From positions 37,471-101,470 of the IMG/VR virus record IMGVR_UViG_3300043419_000459: DNA of 64,000 nucleotides; one strand, given 5' to 3'. Under the pieces are notes generated by a model. The model had not been told where the DNA came from. It worked only from the letters and a program-made list of their open reading frames with translations, and did no database searches. The stretch's first letter is position 1. Each line of letters opens with the position of its first letter. Below are positions 9,157-18,074 of the stretch, piece by piece. The DNA comes from a virus. Both the position numbers and the translations under genes were made by a program.

Positions 9157-9747
9157 TTAGTTTAATTCTATTATAATTTCTCTCATTAAATCTTGTGACT
9201 TACACCACTTACCACATTCCTCTGCTACTTTTGCCCATTGTTTTGATTCGTTCATAGGAGCCATAAATGCACCATGTGTTGATGGGTTGGATACAAAGTC
9301 CCAACCAACCAATTCGAAGTCTTCCTGAACCATTAATGTACCATCATTGAGTTCTTTTACTGAACCCAATCCTCTACTACTAATACCCAAACGAATATTG
9401 TTTTTCAATAATTCTTTTAATATATTTCCAGATGGAGTTGAAAGTATTTCTACCACACCACATACATCATCCCCTTCCCAATAGATTTCTCTAATGTTAT
9501 GAGATACATTTTTTAAATTGATTACGGGAGAATCTGGATGGTCTAACTCACCAAGAGCTCTTCTTTCCTTAATAAGTTGTTCGTATTTCTTACACTCTCT
9601 TTCTAAGATTTCTTTTGGATATCTTCTATGATTTTGATTTGGAGCACCTGCTCTTTGTAGGATTCCCTTAACTAAATAAGTTCCGTTTTCTTCTTGTTGA
9701 AGTTTTGCTTCAAACAGATGGGTTTCTATTAATAATCCTTTATTCAT
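9157..9747 (-). CDS. gp21: Prohead core protease (T4 gp21-like)
   Basis: NQN.R.YP, RALGELDHP, TPSG.I, GISSRG.GS, DFVSNPS..GA motifs. Confidence 0.95.
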   Translation of the reverse strand: MNKGLLIETHLFEAKLQQEENGTYLVKGILQRAGAPNQNHRRYPKEILERECKKYEQLIKERRALGELDHPDSPVINLKNVSHNIREIYWEGDDVCGVVEILSTPSGNILKELLKNNIRLGISSRGLGSVKELNDGTLMVQEDFELVGWDFVSNPSTHGAFMAPMNESKQWAKVAEECGKWCKSQDLMREIIIELN

Positions 9748-10139
9748 TATTTTAAATCCTTTTTAACTTTTTCAATTGCCGAACCACTCATTGGTGTCCA
9801 AGATTTGATAAGTATGGTCTTTAATTGATTTTTCAATTCAGTTTCATCTAGCTCACCATTTGTACTATCCACCATTTTAATTATCTGCGTCTTAATATAC
9901 CCCATATTAACAATATCCTCTGCGGTATTATTGTCAATTCCTTTTTTCGGGTCAATCATTTTAGATATATCTTCAATTACATTTTTATTATCTGCAATCG
10001 AATCTAAAATACTTTTAACCTGTTTTTTATAATTTGGTTTTCCTTGGAAATATTTCATTCCTTTTTGTGCCAAATCTACGATATAATAAAAGATAATCTT
10101 ACCAATGAGTATAGAACCAATTGTGGTCATTACACCCAA
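9747..10139 (-). CDS. Hypothetical protein with hydrophobic N-terminus; probably the -1 frameshift extension of 10154..10462
   Basis: Weak TTG start; its frame stays open upstream (GTA GAT GAG AAT CTT ATA TTG) into the A10 slippery run. Confidence 0.6.
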   Translation of the reverse strand: MGVMTTIGSILIGKIIFYYIVDLAQKGMKYFQGKPNYKKQVKSILDSIADNKNVIEDISKMIDPKKGIDNNTAEDIVNMGYIKTQIIKMVDSTNGELDETELKNQLKTILIKSWTPMSGSAIEKVKKDLK

Positions 10140-10167
10140 TATAAGATTCTCATCTACTTTTTTTTTT
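10095..10167 (-). other. Putative -1 programmed ribosomal frameshift signal
   Basis: A_AAA_AAG heptamer (10163-10157) in frame immediately before TAG; 8-nt spacer; stem-loop at 10148-10095. Confidence 0.7.
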
Positions 10168-10462
10168 CTTCGTTTTTAGCTCTTAATGCTGCTAAATCGG
10201 AACCTTCTATTTCACCATCCTTATCGACATCAATTTTCTTTTGGCCGGCAGTTAGTTCTGCTTCGTTATATCCCCTCAATCTACCTTCTGATTTTGCTTT
10301 CGATGCTTTATCTACCGCATTAAAAAATGCTTTCTTTTCATCATCAGACATATCTCCCAATGATTTACCGGTTTTATCTAACATATGTTTAAACAATTGT
10401 TGATAATCATTTTCTTCTTTTACAACTTGTCTAATAAGTTCTTTTAATTCTGTATGTTTCAT
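10154..10462 (-). CDS. Small putative internal head protein with DxDxDG (EF-hand-like) motif
   Basis: KKIDVDKDGEIEGSDLAALR motif; N-terminal LKELIRQVVKE. Confidence 0.65.
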   Translation of the reverse strand: MKHTELKELIRQVVKEENDYQQLFKHMLDKTGKSLGDMSDDEKKAFFNAVDKASKAKSEGRLRGYNEAELTAGQKKIDVDKDGEIEGSDLAALRAKNEEKKK

Positions 10463-11058
10463 TATTCTGATATTTGTCTGATTTTTTGGTCTAATTTAAT
10501 TAGTCTTTCTTTTATACTATAAATATGACCATTTGTCCTTTTCCAATAAGATTTATTATCAACACCACTTTCATTTTTTATTTTACCATACCAATTAAGA
10601 AATCTTTCCATTTCTTTCAATTGTTTGTTGATATTGGATATACCTCTACCAATTTTAGCCTGTGCGGTTGATTCCTCATTTTTCAAATCCAACCAACGAT
10701 TTTCACTTACTACACTATATCCCGTTAAATCAGCTTGTCTTTTACCTTTTTTCTTTTCGTTTTCAGGTTTACCAAATGCAGCTGGTGTGTTGTATCCTTG
10801 TACATTTCCGGTTACATTCATTTCATCAATCATTTTTTCTCTAACAATTTGACGAATTTTCTCTTTAAGTTGTTTAATTTGTTCTTCCTTTTTATCAGGT
10901 AATCCTTTATGAGAAGTAGATGCAAAATCTTTAACATCTTTGTCAGACATATCCGCTGCTACTTTTGCAACTTCCGGTGATGGGTTTTCCATATCACCTT
11001 TTTGAGCGGCGTGAACCATACCCATAAATCTTTGTTGTGCTTTTGATACTGCTGGCAT
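10462..11058 (-). CDS. Hypothetical head-module protein (DUF3008-like N-terminus)
   Basis: MPAVSKAQQRFMGMVHA...DFASTSHKGLP module common in T4-like phages. Confidence 0.6.
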   Translation of the reverse strand: MPAVSKAQQRFMGMVHAAQKGDMENPSPEVAKVAADMSDKDVKDFASTSHKGLPDKKEEQIKQLKEKIRQIVREKMIDEMNVTGNVQGYNTPAAFGKPENEKKKGKRQADLTGYSVVSENRWLDLKNEESTAQAKIGRGISNINKQLKEMERFLNWYGKIKNESGVDNKSYWKRTNGHIYSIKERLIKLDQKIRQISE

Positions 11059-11069
11059 TTTAGATAAAT

Positions 11070-11297
11070 TTAAGCTAATACATAAACAGAACCACCATTA
11101 GTTACTGAAATACTTTTAACATAGCAAGGAAATACTTCTCCCGCTGCTAAATGTGCTAATGAAATCGTTGTATTACCTTCCAATGTAATTGTACCAGTCA
11201 CACCATTTACAGGTAAAACACCCCAAACTCTATCTATTAAAGAGGCAGAGCCAGATGTTACTAATTTTGCGTTATATGCTCTATAATTTGCACTCAT
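11070..11297 (-). CDS. Small beta-rich hypothetical protein, possibly structural
   Basis: 75-aa ORF in operon packing. Confidence 0.5.
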   Translation of the reverse strand: MSANYRAYNAKLVTSGSASLIDRVWGVLPVNGVTGTITLEGNTTISLAHLAAGEVFPCYVKSISVTNGGSVYVLA

Positions 11298-11301
11298 AAT
11301 T

Positions 11302-12177
11302 TTATTTTTTTATCGATTCTTTTAACTCTTTTAACAACTCATATGTCATCATCATTGCTGATAAGTGTTGTTCTTTGATTTTTTTAACCGATTTTATTTT
11401 TTTAATATTTGAAATCGTTTCTGCTAATTTAATTTTAGTTACCTTATCGTTAATGTTAGAACCAACTTCTTTTAATGAATTTACTAATTTGGTTACTTCT
11501 TCATTAACATATTGATTTAATTTACCAGTATTATTGATATTGTTAATATATTCTCTCAATAATCCTTTTTGGTCTTCAGTTAAATTTTTGTATTTAGTAT
11601 TAAAAGATTCTACTAATAATTTGTATGATACTGCTCTTAAATCTTCATCTTGCTTTCTATATTCTTCTAAAACCGCATCTTTTACTTTTACTTCTTTATT
11701 TTGAATAGAAGAATTGATAATATTTTCGGCAATAGTGAATCTAGACGATACTATATCAGTTGGGTCAAATTGTTCATTAGATGTAACCGTTTCAAATATC
11801 TTATAGATAGATGCAAGAGTTTTGTAATTTGATATTGGAGATTTAATAAACTCATCTAAATTGTAAGTTTCCTTAATTTCTTTAATAAGATTATACTTTT
11901 CTTTTGTAAGTTTTTTCTCATCAATTTTTTTACGAGCTTCTAATATCGTATTGATAAATTGTTCAGCTTTTGATTCCGAATTATATTTTTCGTTAATCAA
12001 ATATTGATATAACTTTAATTCTTTAGATAACTCTTTTTTAGAGTTAAAATGTTCTTTTAAAATCTTTTCCGCAATTGATTTGTTAGCAGACATGATTTCG
12101 GAAGTAATTTGTCTTACTAATAATTCAAATATAAATCCAGTATTTTTAAACTTCGAATGTTTTATTTTTTTCATCAA
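11302..12177 (-). CDS. Hypothetical helical head-assembly protein
   Basis: KHSKFKNTG..FELL.RQ N-terminus; directly downstream of portal with its own promoter motif. Confidence 0.6.
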   Translation of the reverse strand: MMKKIKHSKFKNTGFIFELLVRQITSEIMSANKSIAEKILKEHFNSKKELSKELKLYQYLINEKYNSESKAEQFINTILEARKKIDEKKLTKEKYNLIKEIKETYNLDEFIKSPISNYKTLASIYKIFETVTSNEQFDPTDIVSSRFTIAENIINSSIQNKEVKVKDAVLEEYRKQDEDLRAVSYKLLVESFNTKYKNLTEDQKGLLREYINNINNTGKLNQYVNEEVTKLVNSLKEVGSNINDKVTKIKLAETISNIKKIKSVKKIKEQHLSAMMMTYELLKELKESIKK

Positions 12178-12195
12178 TTTGTCTAATTTGTCAGA

Positions 12196-12204
12196 TATAA
12201 ATAT
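12196..12204 (-). promoter_or_regulatory. Putative late promoter ATATTTATA
   Basis: Recurrent motif, 18 nt upstream of the start at 12177. Confidence 0.55.
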
Positions 12205-12221
12205 GTTTTTATATTACTTTA

Positions 12222-13967
12222 TTACTCTTTTGTTAAATCTTCGGTTAAAATAGTCTTTTTATTACCATTCATATCTTTAAATATTTCTAAATATGAATTT
12301 TTTCTTGGTTTATATTTTACCGAACCTTCTTTTGCCTTTAAAGTTTTAATACCCAATGGGTCTCTACCCTCTGGGTGGTCATCTTTACCATATCTAACAG
12401 GGTCTTTTGGTCTACCTACATTGCCATCTTCTTCCAATTCCGTTTTTAATCTATTTAATTCTTCTTCTACATTTGTGGGGCCGTCTGTTCCGGTTTCTTT
12501 TGCAGGGTCAACACCTTGTGTTTCAATTGATGTTAAACGGAATTGTTGTTTTGTATCATCTAATACTGCAAGTGTTAATTCATCTTGCTCATCTTTCGCC
12601 ATTTTCATTACCGTCTCATACATCCATTCTTTAGAAAACATTTTTGTTTGTTGCATTTGTTGAATCAATGCTACTTTTGAAGTATACAATTCAACTTGCT
12701 CTTGCTCATATATTTTAGATGGAATGGTCAATTCTATTGTAAAATTAGTTAAATTATCATCATCTATACCTTGTGCGTATAAATGAACAATTGCAATTTT
12801 AGTTAATTCCGAAATTAAAACTCTTTGAATTCTTTCAATTGTTTTTGCAAATCTAACATCCATTGAAGCAAGAGTTGCTTTACCATTCGTTTCTTCTTCA
12901 TATCCTAAATATGCTTTTGGAATTTTTAAAGCTGACATCAATTTACCCTTTAAGTAGTTAATATCATCAATCATATTATATTCCAATCCCTTTAAGGTAT
13001 CAATTGAAGTACCATTATCATTACCACGTACAGGCATATAGTAATCTTCAATTAAATTTTGTACATTATACTTTAAATTATATTCACCGGTTCTCTCATC
13101 AACGAAAGGAACTTTTTTCGATGCGTTGATAATTTTCTGCATGTAATTGTCTACCTCATTTGGTGGAATATTGCCTACATCAATTTTAAATATTCTTTTT
13201 TCAGGAGCTCTCATTACTCTATGAATCAACATAGCATCCTCCATCAACATTAATTGTTTCCAAACTCGTCTCGCACCTTCAATCATAGATTTACCATATG
13301 GTAAAAAGTTTGAATCCGAATTTAAACGAAAATGCGCCATTTCATAGTTTTCAAATTCTTTTTTTGGACTCTGACCATATCCACCTAATGGGTTTTGATA
13401 TGGTGCGTATATAAACTTAACTCTTTGTGGGTTTTCTGGGTCAAATCCCTCTACTCTGTTAACTTCATATGTAGACAGTGCCATCACATTAACAATACCA
13501 ATTTTTTCTGCCATTTCCAATTGTAAAAAGAAATCACCATATTTTACTAAATTTCTTGTCCAAGGCCATAAGTTAAATTCAATGTTCATTATATCATAGA
13601 ACAAATTTTCTAATATTTGTTTTACATTGTCATCCGGATGATGAATTTTTAAAACATTTCCTTGTTCATTTCTGGCAGTACATTCGTCTGCATATACATC
13701 CAATGCCGATGATAATATGGGGTCAGTATCCATTGAATCGTAGTCTCTAAACAAGTCAATTCTAACTTGTTGATATGCCATCGATGATTCCAATTGACCA
13801 GTTCCGTAGTTTGTTACTTTTAACTTTAAAAATCTATCAACTAAATTTGTTGTCATATTTTGATACTCATCTGTATCAATAACTTTAACACCACTCTCTG
13901 TTTTACGAACAATGGTATTAGTTGAAAATAATTTTTGTAACCTACTAAATACTGATTTATCTGCCAT
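12222..13967 (-). CDS. gp20: Portal protein (T4 gp20-like)
   Basis: QL.LMEDA.LI.R..RAPE.RIF.IDVGN.P, EDY..P.R, T.IDTL.G, DI.Y...KL..AL.IP motifs. Confidence 0.95.
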   Translation of the reverse strand: MADKSVFSRLQKLFSTNTIVRKTESGVKVIDTDEYQNMTTNLVDRFLKLKVTNYGTGQLESSMAYQQVRIDLFRDYDSMDTDPILSSALDVYADECTARNEQGNVLKIHHPDDNVKQILENLFYDIMNIEFNLWPWTRNLVKYGDFFLQLEMAEKIGIVNVMALSTYEVNRVEGFDPENPQRVKFIYAPYQNPLGGYGQSPKKEFENYEMAHFRLNSDSNFLPYGKSMIEGARRVWKQLMLMEDAMLIHRVMRAPEKRIFKIDVGNIPPNEVDNYMQKIINASKKVPFVDERTGEYNLKYNVQNLIEDYYMPVRGNDNGTSIDTLKGLEYNMIDDINYLKGKLMSALKIPKAYLGYEEETNGKATLASMDVRFAKTIERIQRVLISELTKIAIVHLYAQGIDDDNLTNFTIELTIPSKIYEQEQVELYTSKVALIQQMQQTKMFSKEWMYETVMKMAKDEQDELTLAVLDDTKQQFRLTSIETQGVDPAKETGTDGPTNVEEELNRLKTELEEDGNVGRPKDPVRYGKDDHPEGRDPLGIKTLKAKEGSVKYKPRKNSYLEIFKDMNGNKKTILTEDLTKE

Positions 13968-13988
13968 TTTTGTATAATTCTATTTTTC

Positions 13989-14020
13989 TAAATATAAGGA
14001 AAATATTTGGTTTTTCCAAA
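13989..14020 (-). promoter_or_regulatory. Bacteroidota-type promoter TTTG-N20-TATATTTA upstream of portal
   Basis: Matches the -33 TTTG / -7 TAnnTTTG consensus with one mismatch; same spacing at 39491 and 54839. Confidence 0.65.
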
Positions 14021-14022
14021 TT

Positions 14023-15066
14023 TTACCACTTTCTACAACTCCAATATCTTGCCTTATGTCTTGGTCCTGGATTATCACAGTTATGTCTTGCTCTAAAATT
14101 TCTTCTTCTACCAGGATTATTTTTTTTAATTTTTACTCCCTTTTGGCCAAAGTTTACTTTTACAACATTACCAGATGGATTTTTTACATATACTTTGAAT
14201 TTCTTAACATCACCGGCCATTGGTTTACCTAACTTAACATCTCTTCCTTGATATTCTGCTTCATGCATACAAGGACAAGTTACTTCATTTAAATCTTTTG
14301 CGTATGCTCTCATAAAAGAAATAAAATCTTCCATATCCTCATCTTCTACATCATATTCTTCGGGTTCAACTAGCCCATAATTTATGTCATCATCACTATC
14401 AATATCTTCATTTATAGGAACACAATTTGGTACCATCTTACCATTTTTCATTTTACCACCAACTTCTTTATATCCATCCCAACATTCGTGTAATGCATTT
14501 AGTTCTCCTAAACTTTCATTGCAAGTTTTCCAACCACCACCCTTTCCTTTATAATTTTTTGCTGCCCATCCATTTGCATAAGCTGATGGATAAACATCAA
14601 ATTTTCTTTTTGCAGCTGCTTTTGATGCCGCCCACTTACCCGGGTCTGTCGGACAATTCTTTTCTAAAAATAAATTTAGTTTTTCTTCTATCTTCATAGT
14701 TTCATTTTTTTTCTTTCCTTGACAATGTGCTTTTTGAGAGAAACCTTTTGGATTATTACAATCTATACTATTTTTATATTTTTCACTCCACTCTTCGTTT
14801 TTTGGTTTAGTAGAAACATATATCGGTGTTTTACCTTGTCCACTACTACTTTTACCACCCCTACCAGCATCATTTTGTGCAGCTCTCTTTCTACGAGTTG
14901 CACTCTCTTTTTCTTTTTTACTCATTCCGGCAGCTTTTGCAGCAGGAACACATTTTGCATAACCTTTTTTTTCTCCCGAAGTTCCACATGGTGGGTGTTT
15001 ACCATCGACCTTTTTGCCAATGTTTACCCATTTTTCTTTAAACCATTTATTTAAATCTTCGTTCAT
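14023..15066 (-). CDS. Basic multi-module protein, putative internal head polyprotein
   Basis: String of small Cys/Trp/Lys-rich modules (WFKEKWV, IDCNNPKGFSQKAHC, VYPSAYANGW, CWDGY..VPNCVP, VNFG..FRARHNC..RYWSC) joined by xNE/LxE linkers. Confidence 0.65.
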   Translation of the reverse strand: MNEDLNKWFKEKWVNIGKKVDGKHPPCGTSGEKKGYAKCVPAAKAAGMSKKEKESATRRKRAAQNDAGRGGKSSSGQGKTPIYVSTKPKNEEWSEKYKNSIDCNNPKGFSQKAHCQGKKKNETMKIEEKLNLFLEKNCPTDPGKWAASKAAAKRKFDVYPSAYANGWAAKNYKGKGGGWKTCNESLGELNALHECWDGYKEVGGKMKNGKMVPNCVPINEDIDSDDDINYGLVEPEEYDVEDEDMEDFISFMRAYAKDLNEVTCPCMHEAEYQGRDVKLGKPMAGDVKKFKVYVKNPSGNVVKVNFGQKGVKIKKNNPGRRRNFRARHNCDNPGPRHKARYWSCRKW

Positions 15067-15083
15067 CTATAAGAGTTTCAACA

Positions 15084-15092
15084 TATAAATAT
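15084..15092 (-). promoter_or_regulatory. Putative late promoter ATATTTATA
   Basis: Recurrent motif, 17 nt upstream of the ATG at 15066. Confidence 0.55.
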
Positions 15093-15099
15093 AAAAAAA

Positions 15100-16707
15100 T
15101 TATTTAAGTAACCAAGTTAAGTTTTCAGTTTGACCTCTACCTAAATCCATCTCATATGGGTTTTTGGATAAATGACCAGTTGAGATAATTCCCTCATACT
15201 TATTTATCTGTGCTGAGTTTAGCATACTTTTTGTCAAATCTATTCCTTCTTGCTTTAACCTCAACGCAGTATTACGAACCCAAAGTCCAATGCCCAATGC
15301 CATAATAAGGTCATCATTATATCCCTTCATTGCTTCTGCTCTACCACTCTGCCAAATAAATGTAAACATCTCATCTATTAATCTACTTGAACGAATTAGA
15401 ATATCTTTGTCATTTATATATGTATCTAATGCTGAAATGATTAGGGGGCGAGTTTTACTGGTTGTTGAAAATCCCGCAACCATTTGTTTTTCGTCTCTAT
15501 AATATTTGTTAGACATTTGTCTTTCGGTATCAATATATTTCAAATCATTACTCATATAAAATAGATTTTGATATCCTCTATTAATGATTTGTTGAATACA
15601 TGCCCAACCCACATTTGAGTTCTCCACTACTAAAAGTGCATTATTATATTCCGTTGCCAATGCAGTTAAGAAGTTTCCAAAATCTTTTGTGTCAATTTTA
15701 CCTCTATATTCCGCAACTTGTGAACTATCTTCGATGTCTATCACTTGTGCAGTAGAATAGTCGGCTCCGTCTCCACGTGCAACGTCCGCACAAACCATAT
15801 ATGCTCTATTATAATTTGGATGTTCCCATACCCAAAGATTGTTATCAAATCCTCTTTTTTGAACGGGTTCCATTACATATGTATCTTTATACCAAGTCAA
15901 TAGTGCGGGTTCAAATACAGTATCACCTGAACCAACGAAGTCACAATCACATTCTTGTGCTGCACCTTTAACTCCTAAAATTCTTGTTTGTTCATCTCTC
16001 CAGGCCTGGTTTCTTTCTGGGTGAACCGTCCAATGTAGATTGATACAATTAAATCCATTCTGCCCACTCTCACCATCTACCCACATTTTATGAAACCAGT
16101 TACCGATACCATTTGGTGTAGATAATACGATTGCAGCACCACCCGTTGATAATGTAGATTGTGCCGATAACCAAATTTCATCGATATCTCTAATGAATGC
16201 GGCCTCATCCACAACTAACAATGATAAGGCTTCCGAACGACCAGCGTCGGGAGAACTTGCAATTGCTTTTACTTGCGAACCATTCTTCAATTTAAGGGAA
16301 AGTTTATTATCTTCTGCAGCTGCAGTTCCACCATCTCTTAACCAAATAGGAAGTAAGTCGTGCATTACTCTTACCTTCTCTACCAGATTCTTTGCTACGG
16401 TCACTTTCGTTGCGATTACCAACGCATTAAAGTCCTGATTGAATATCATCTTCCATAAAATAAATCCTGCAGATAAGGTCGATAGACCCAATTGACGAGA
16501 TTTAAGAATGATGTTAAAACGATTTTCTTTAAAATCCGTTAAACAATCTTCCTGAAAAGGATAAAGGTGAAAGGGTATTTTTCCTCTCACCGGATGCTGA
16601 ATGACACAATACTTTTTCATAAAGTAGATTGGGTCTAACGCACACTTGCGATATTCTTCAGCGATTATCTCTTTTAAGGTTTTCTTAGGTTGCCCTTGAA
16701 CTCCCAT
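15100..16707 (-). CDS. terL: Terminase large subunit (T4 gp17-like)
   Basis: KSRQLGLS Walker A, VVDEAAF Walker B, STPNG motif, nuclease DVARG.G.DYS and DD.IMA motifs. Confidence 0.96.
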   Translation of the reverse strand: MGVQGQPKKTLKEIIAEEYRKCALDPIYFMKKYCVIQHPVRGKIPFHLYPFQEDCLTDFKENRFNIILKSRQLGLSTLSAGFILWKMIFNQDFNALVIATKVTVAKNLVEKVRVMHDLLPIWLRDGGTAAAEDNKLSLKLKNGSQVKAIASSPDAGRSEALSLLVVDEAAFIRDIDEIWLSAQSTLSTGGAAIVLSTPNGIGNWFHKMWVDGESGQNGFNCINLHWTVHPERNQAWRDEQTRILGVKGAAQECDCDFVGSGDTVFEPALLTWYKDTYVMEPVQKRGFDNNLWVWEHPNYNRAYMVCADVARGDGADYSTAQVIDIEDSSQVAEYRGKIDTKDFGNFLTALATEYNNALLVVENSNVGWACIQQIINRGYQNLFYMSNDLKYIDTERQMSNKYYRDEKQMVAGFSTTSKTRPLIISALDTYINDKDILIRSSRLIDEMFTFIWQSGRAEAMKGYNDDLIMALGIGLWVRNTALRLKQEGIDLTKSMLNSAQINKYEGIISTGHLSKNPYEMDLGRGQTENLTWLLK

Positions 16708-17354
16708 TATTTTTTGAATTTAATCTTCCAATAAACACCACCACCTATGTATGGAGATAATGTTCCATTGGTTCCATCGGATACTCTATTAGAAACACCA
16801 ACACCTAAATTATAGATTTTGTCTTTTTTTGTTTTTATAAGCAATCCCGCACCTACATTTGAAACCACATCTGCCTTATTAAATCCACCAGTCAAACCAT
16901 AATATACTTGTGTTTTTGGTAATTCTTTAACAATCATAGTTTCTTTAATAGTTCTTTGTTTAACATTTGCATTAAAAGTTCTACCCAATATTTTATTTTG
17001 TGTAATTGTATCCAAAAGAGCAATGGTTCCTAATGAATCGGGTAAAACCAATGTATCTTTATATAATACTTTTGAATAATAATCTTTTAGTAAAGCCTGT
17101 GTATCTACTATTGTAGGGATTACAACTTGCTTTTCAACTATCGTTTCGTGATAAATGTCTTGACCCTTTTTGGTTATTACTTTTGTTTTTACAACATCAA
17201 TAGTATCGATATCGTGTTTAATAACTTCATATGCCTTACCTTCTATATAAACTTTTTTACCAGGCATAACTCCACCCGGATTAAACCATTCTAATAATAT
17301 AAAAATGATTAATGCAACAATTGCAATGTTTTTTAAATTTAATAATTTTTTCAT
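16707..17354 (-). CDS. Membrane-anchored protein, possibly spanin-like lysis/envelope protein
   Basis: N-terminal TM (IAIVALIIFILL); T/V/D-rich extended middle; amphipathic beta-strands ending GGGVYWKIKF. Confidence 0.5.
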   Translation of the reverse strand: MKKLLNLKNIAIVALIIFILLEWFNPGGVMPGKKVYIEGKAYEVIKHDIDTIDVVKTKVITKKGQDIYHETIVEKQVVIPTIVDTQALLKDYYSKVLYKDTLVLPDSLGTIALLDTITQNKILGRTFNANVKQRTIKETMIVKELPKTQVYYGLTGGFNKADVVSNVGAGLLIKTKKDKIYNLGVGVSNRVSDGTNGTLSPYIGGGVYWKIKFKK

Positions 17355-17359
17355 AATTT

Positions 17360-18028
17360 TTATTTTTTAACTAATTCTGGATGATTTAATTCAACGAATT
17401 TTTCTTCTAATAACCTTTTTCTTTCTATTAATAATTCAATGGCGTTATATGCACCATCAATATCTTTTTGTAAATCTTTTTTTACTTTTTCAACATCTAC
17501 ATCCCATGTCCATTTTTCTACTTTGCCATCTTCGGTAACCATTTCTATTTGTTGTTTAACACCTCTCAAAGCTTCTTCCAATTGTGATTTTAAATCTCTA
17601 ACATAATCCAATTTATTTCTAGTTACTTTATAATCTTCATAAAAAGCAAAAGTTCCATCATCTCGTAATCTTTGTTCCATTTTTCTCAAACAAGTTACAC
17701 ACAAGCCGGTTTTACTGATTATTTTTTTATCTGCGTAACTATATTCTTTTGTGTCACATTGGTCATCTTTACATGTAGTTAGTTTTTTTAAATATTCTCT
17801 AACATCATCCATTTGAGTAACTTTGGATTTGAATCCCTTAAATTGCTCCCACTCTTGTCCATCACTATCTACCCATTTTTCTCCAACTTCTCTTTTTCGT
17901 TCACTCTCTTTTTCATAACCAAACACTCTTTGTGTATTGTCTTGTCTACCAAATACAGTGTCTATAATTAATTTTCGAGATTTATGCATCCCTTTACTTT
18001 TCTCATCCCAACTTTTTCTTTTTGCCAT
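17360..18028 (-). CDS. Hypothetical protein with putative Zn-finger and coiled coil
   Basis: CKDDQC...CVTC motif. Confidence 0.55.
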   Translation of the reverse strand: MAKRKSWDEKSKGMHKSRKLIIDTVFGRQDNTQRVFGYEKESERKREVGEKWVDSDGQEWEQFKGFKSKVTQMDDVREYLKKLTTCKDDQCDTKEYSYADKKIISKTGLCVTCLRKMEQRLRDDGTFAFYEDYKVTRNKLDYVRDLKSQLEEALRGVKQQIEMVTEDGKVEKWTWDVDVEKVKKDLQKDIDGAYNAIELLIERKRLLEEKFVELNHPELVKK

Positions 18029-18074
18029 ATTTCTATACTTTTATAACCAATTGTTTATACTATATATATCAAAA

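Noticed and set aside
16700-16720. Possible -1 frameshift fusing the membrane protein to TerL (TTC AAA AAA TAA TG)
   Set aside because: Non-canonical heptamer, no evident hairpin; ordinary TAATG translational coupling explains it
17360-18028. Candidate small terminase subunit upstream of terL
   Set aside because: No recognisable gp16-like features; left as hypothetical
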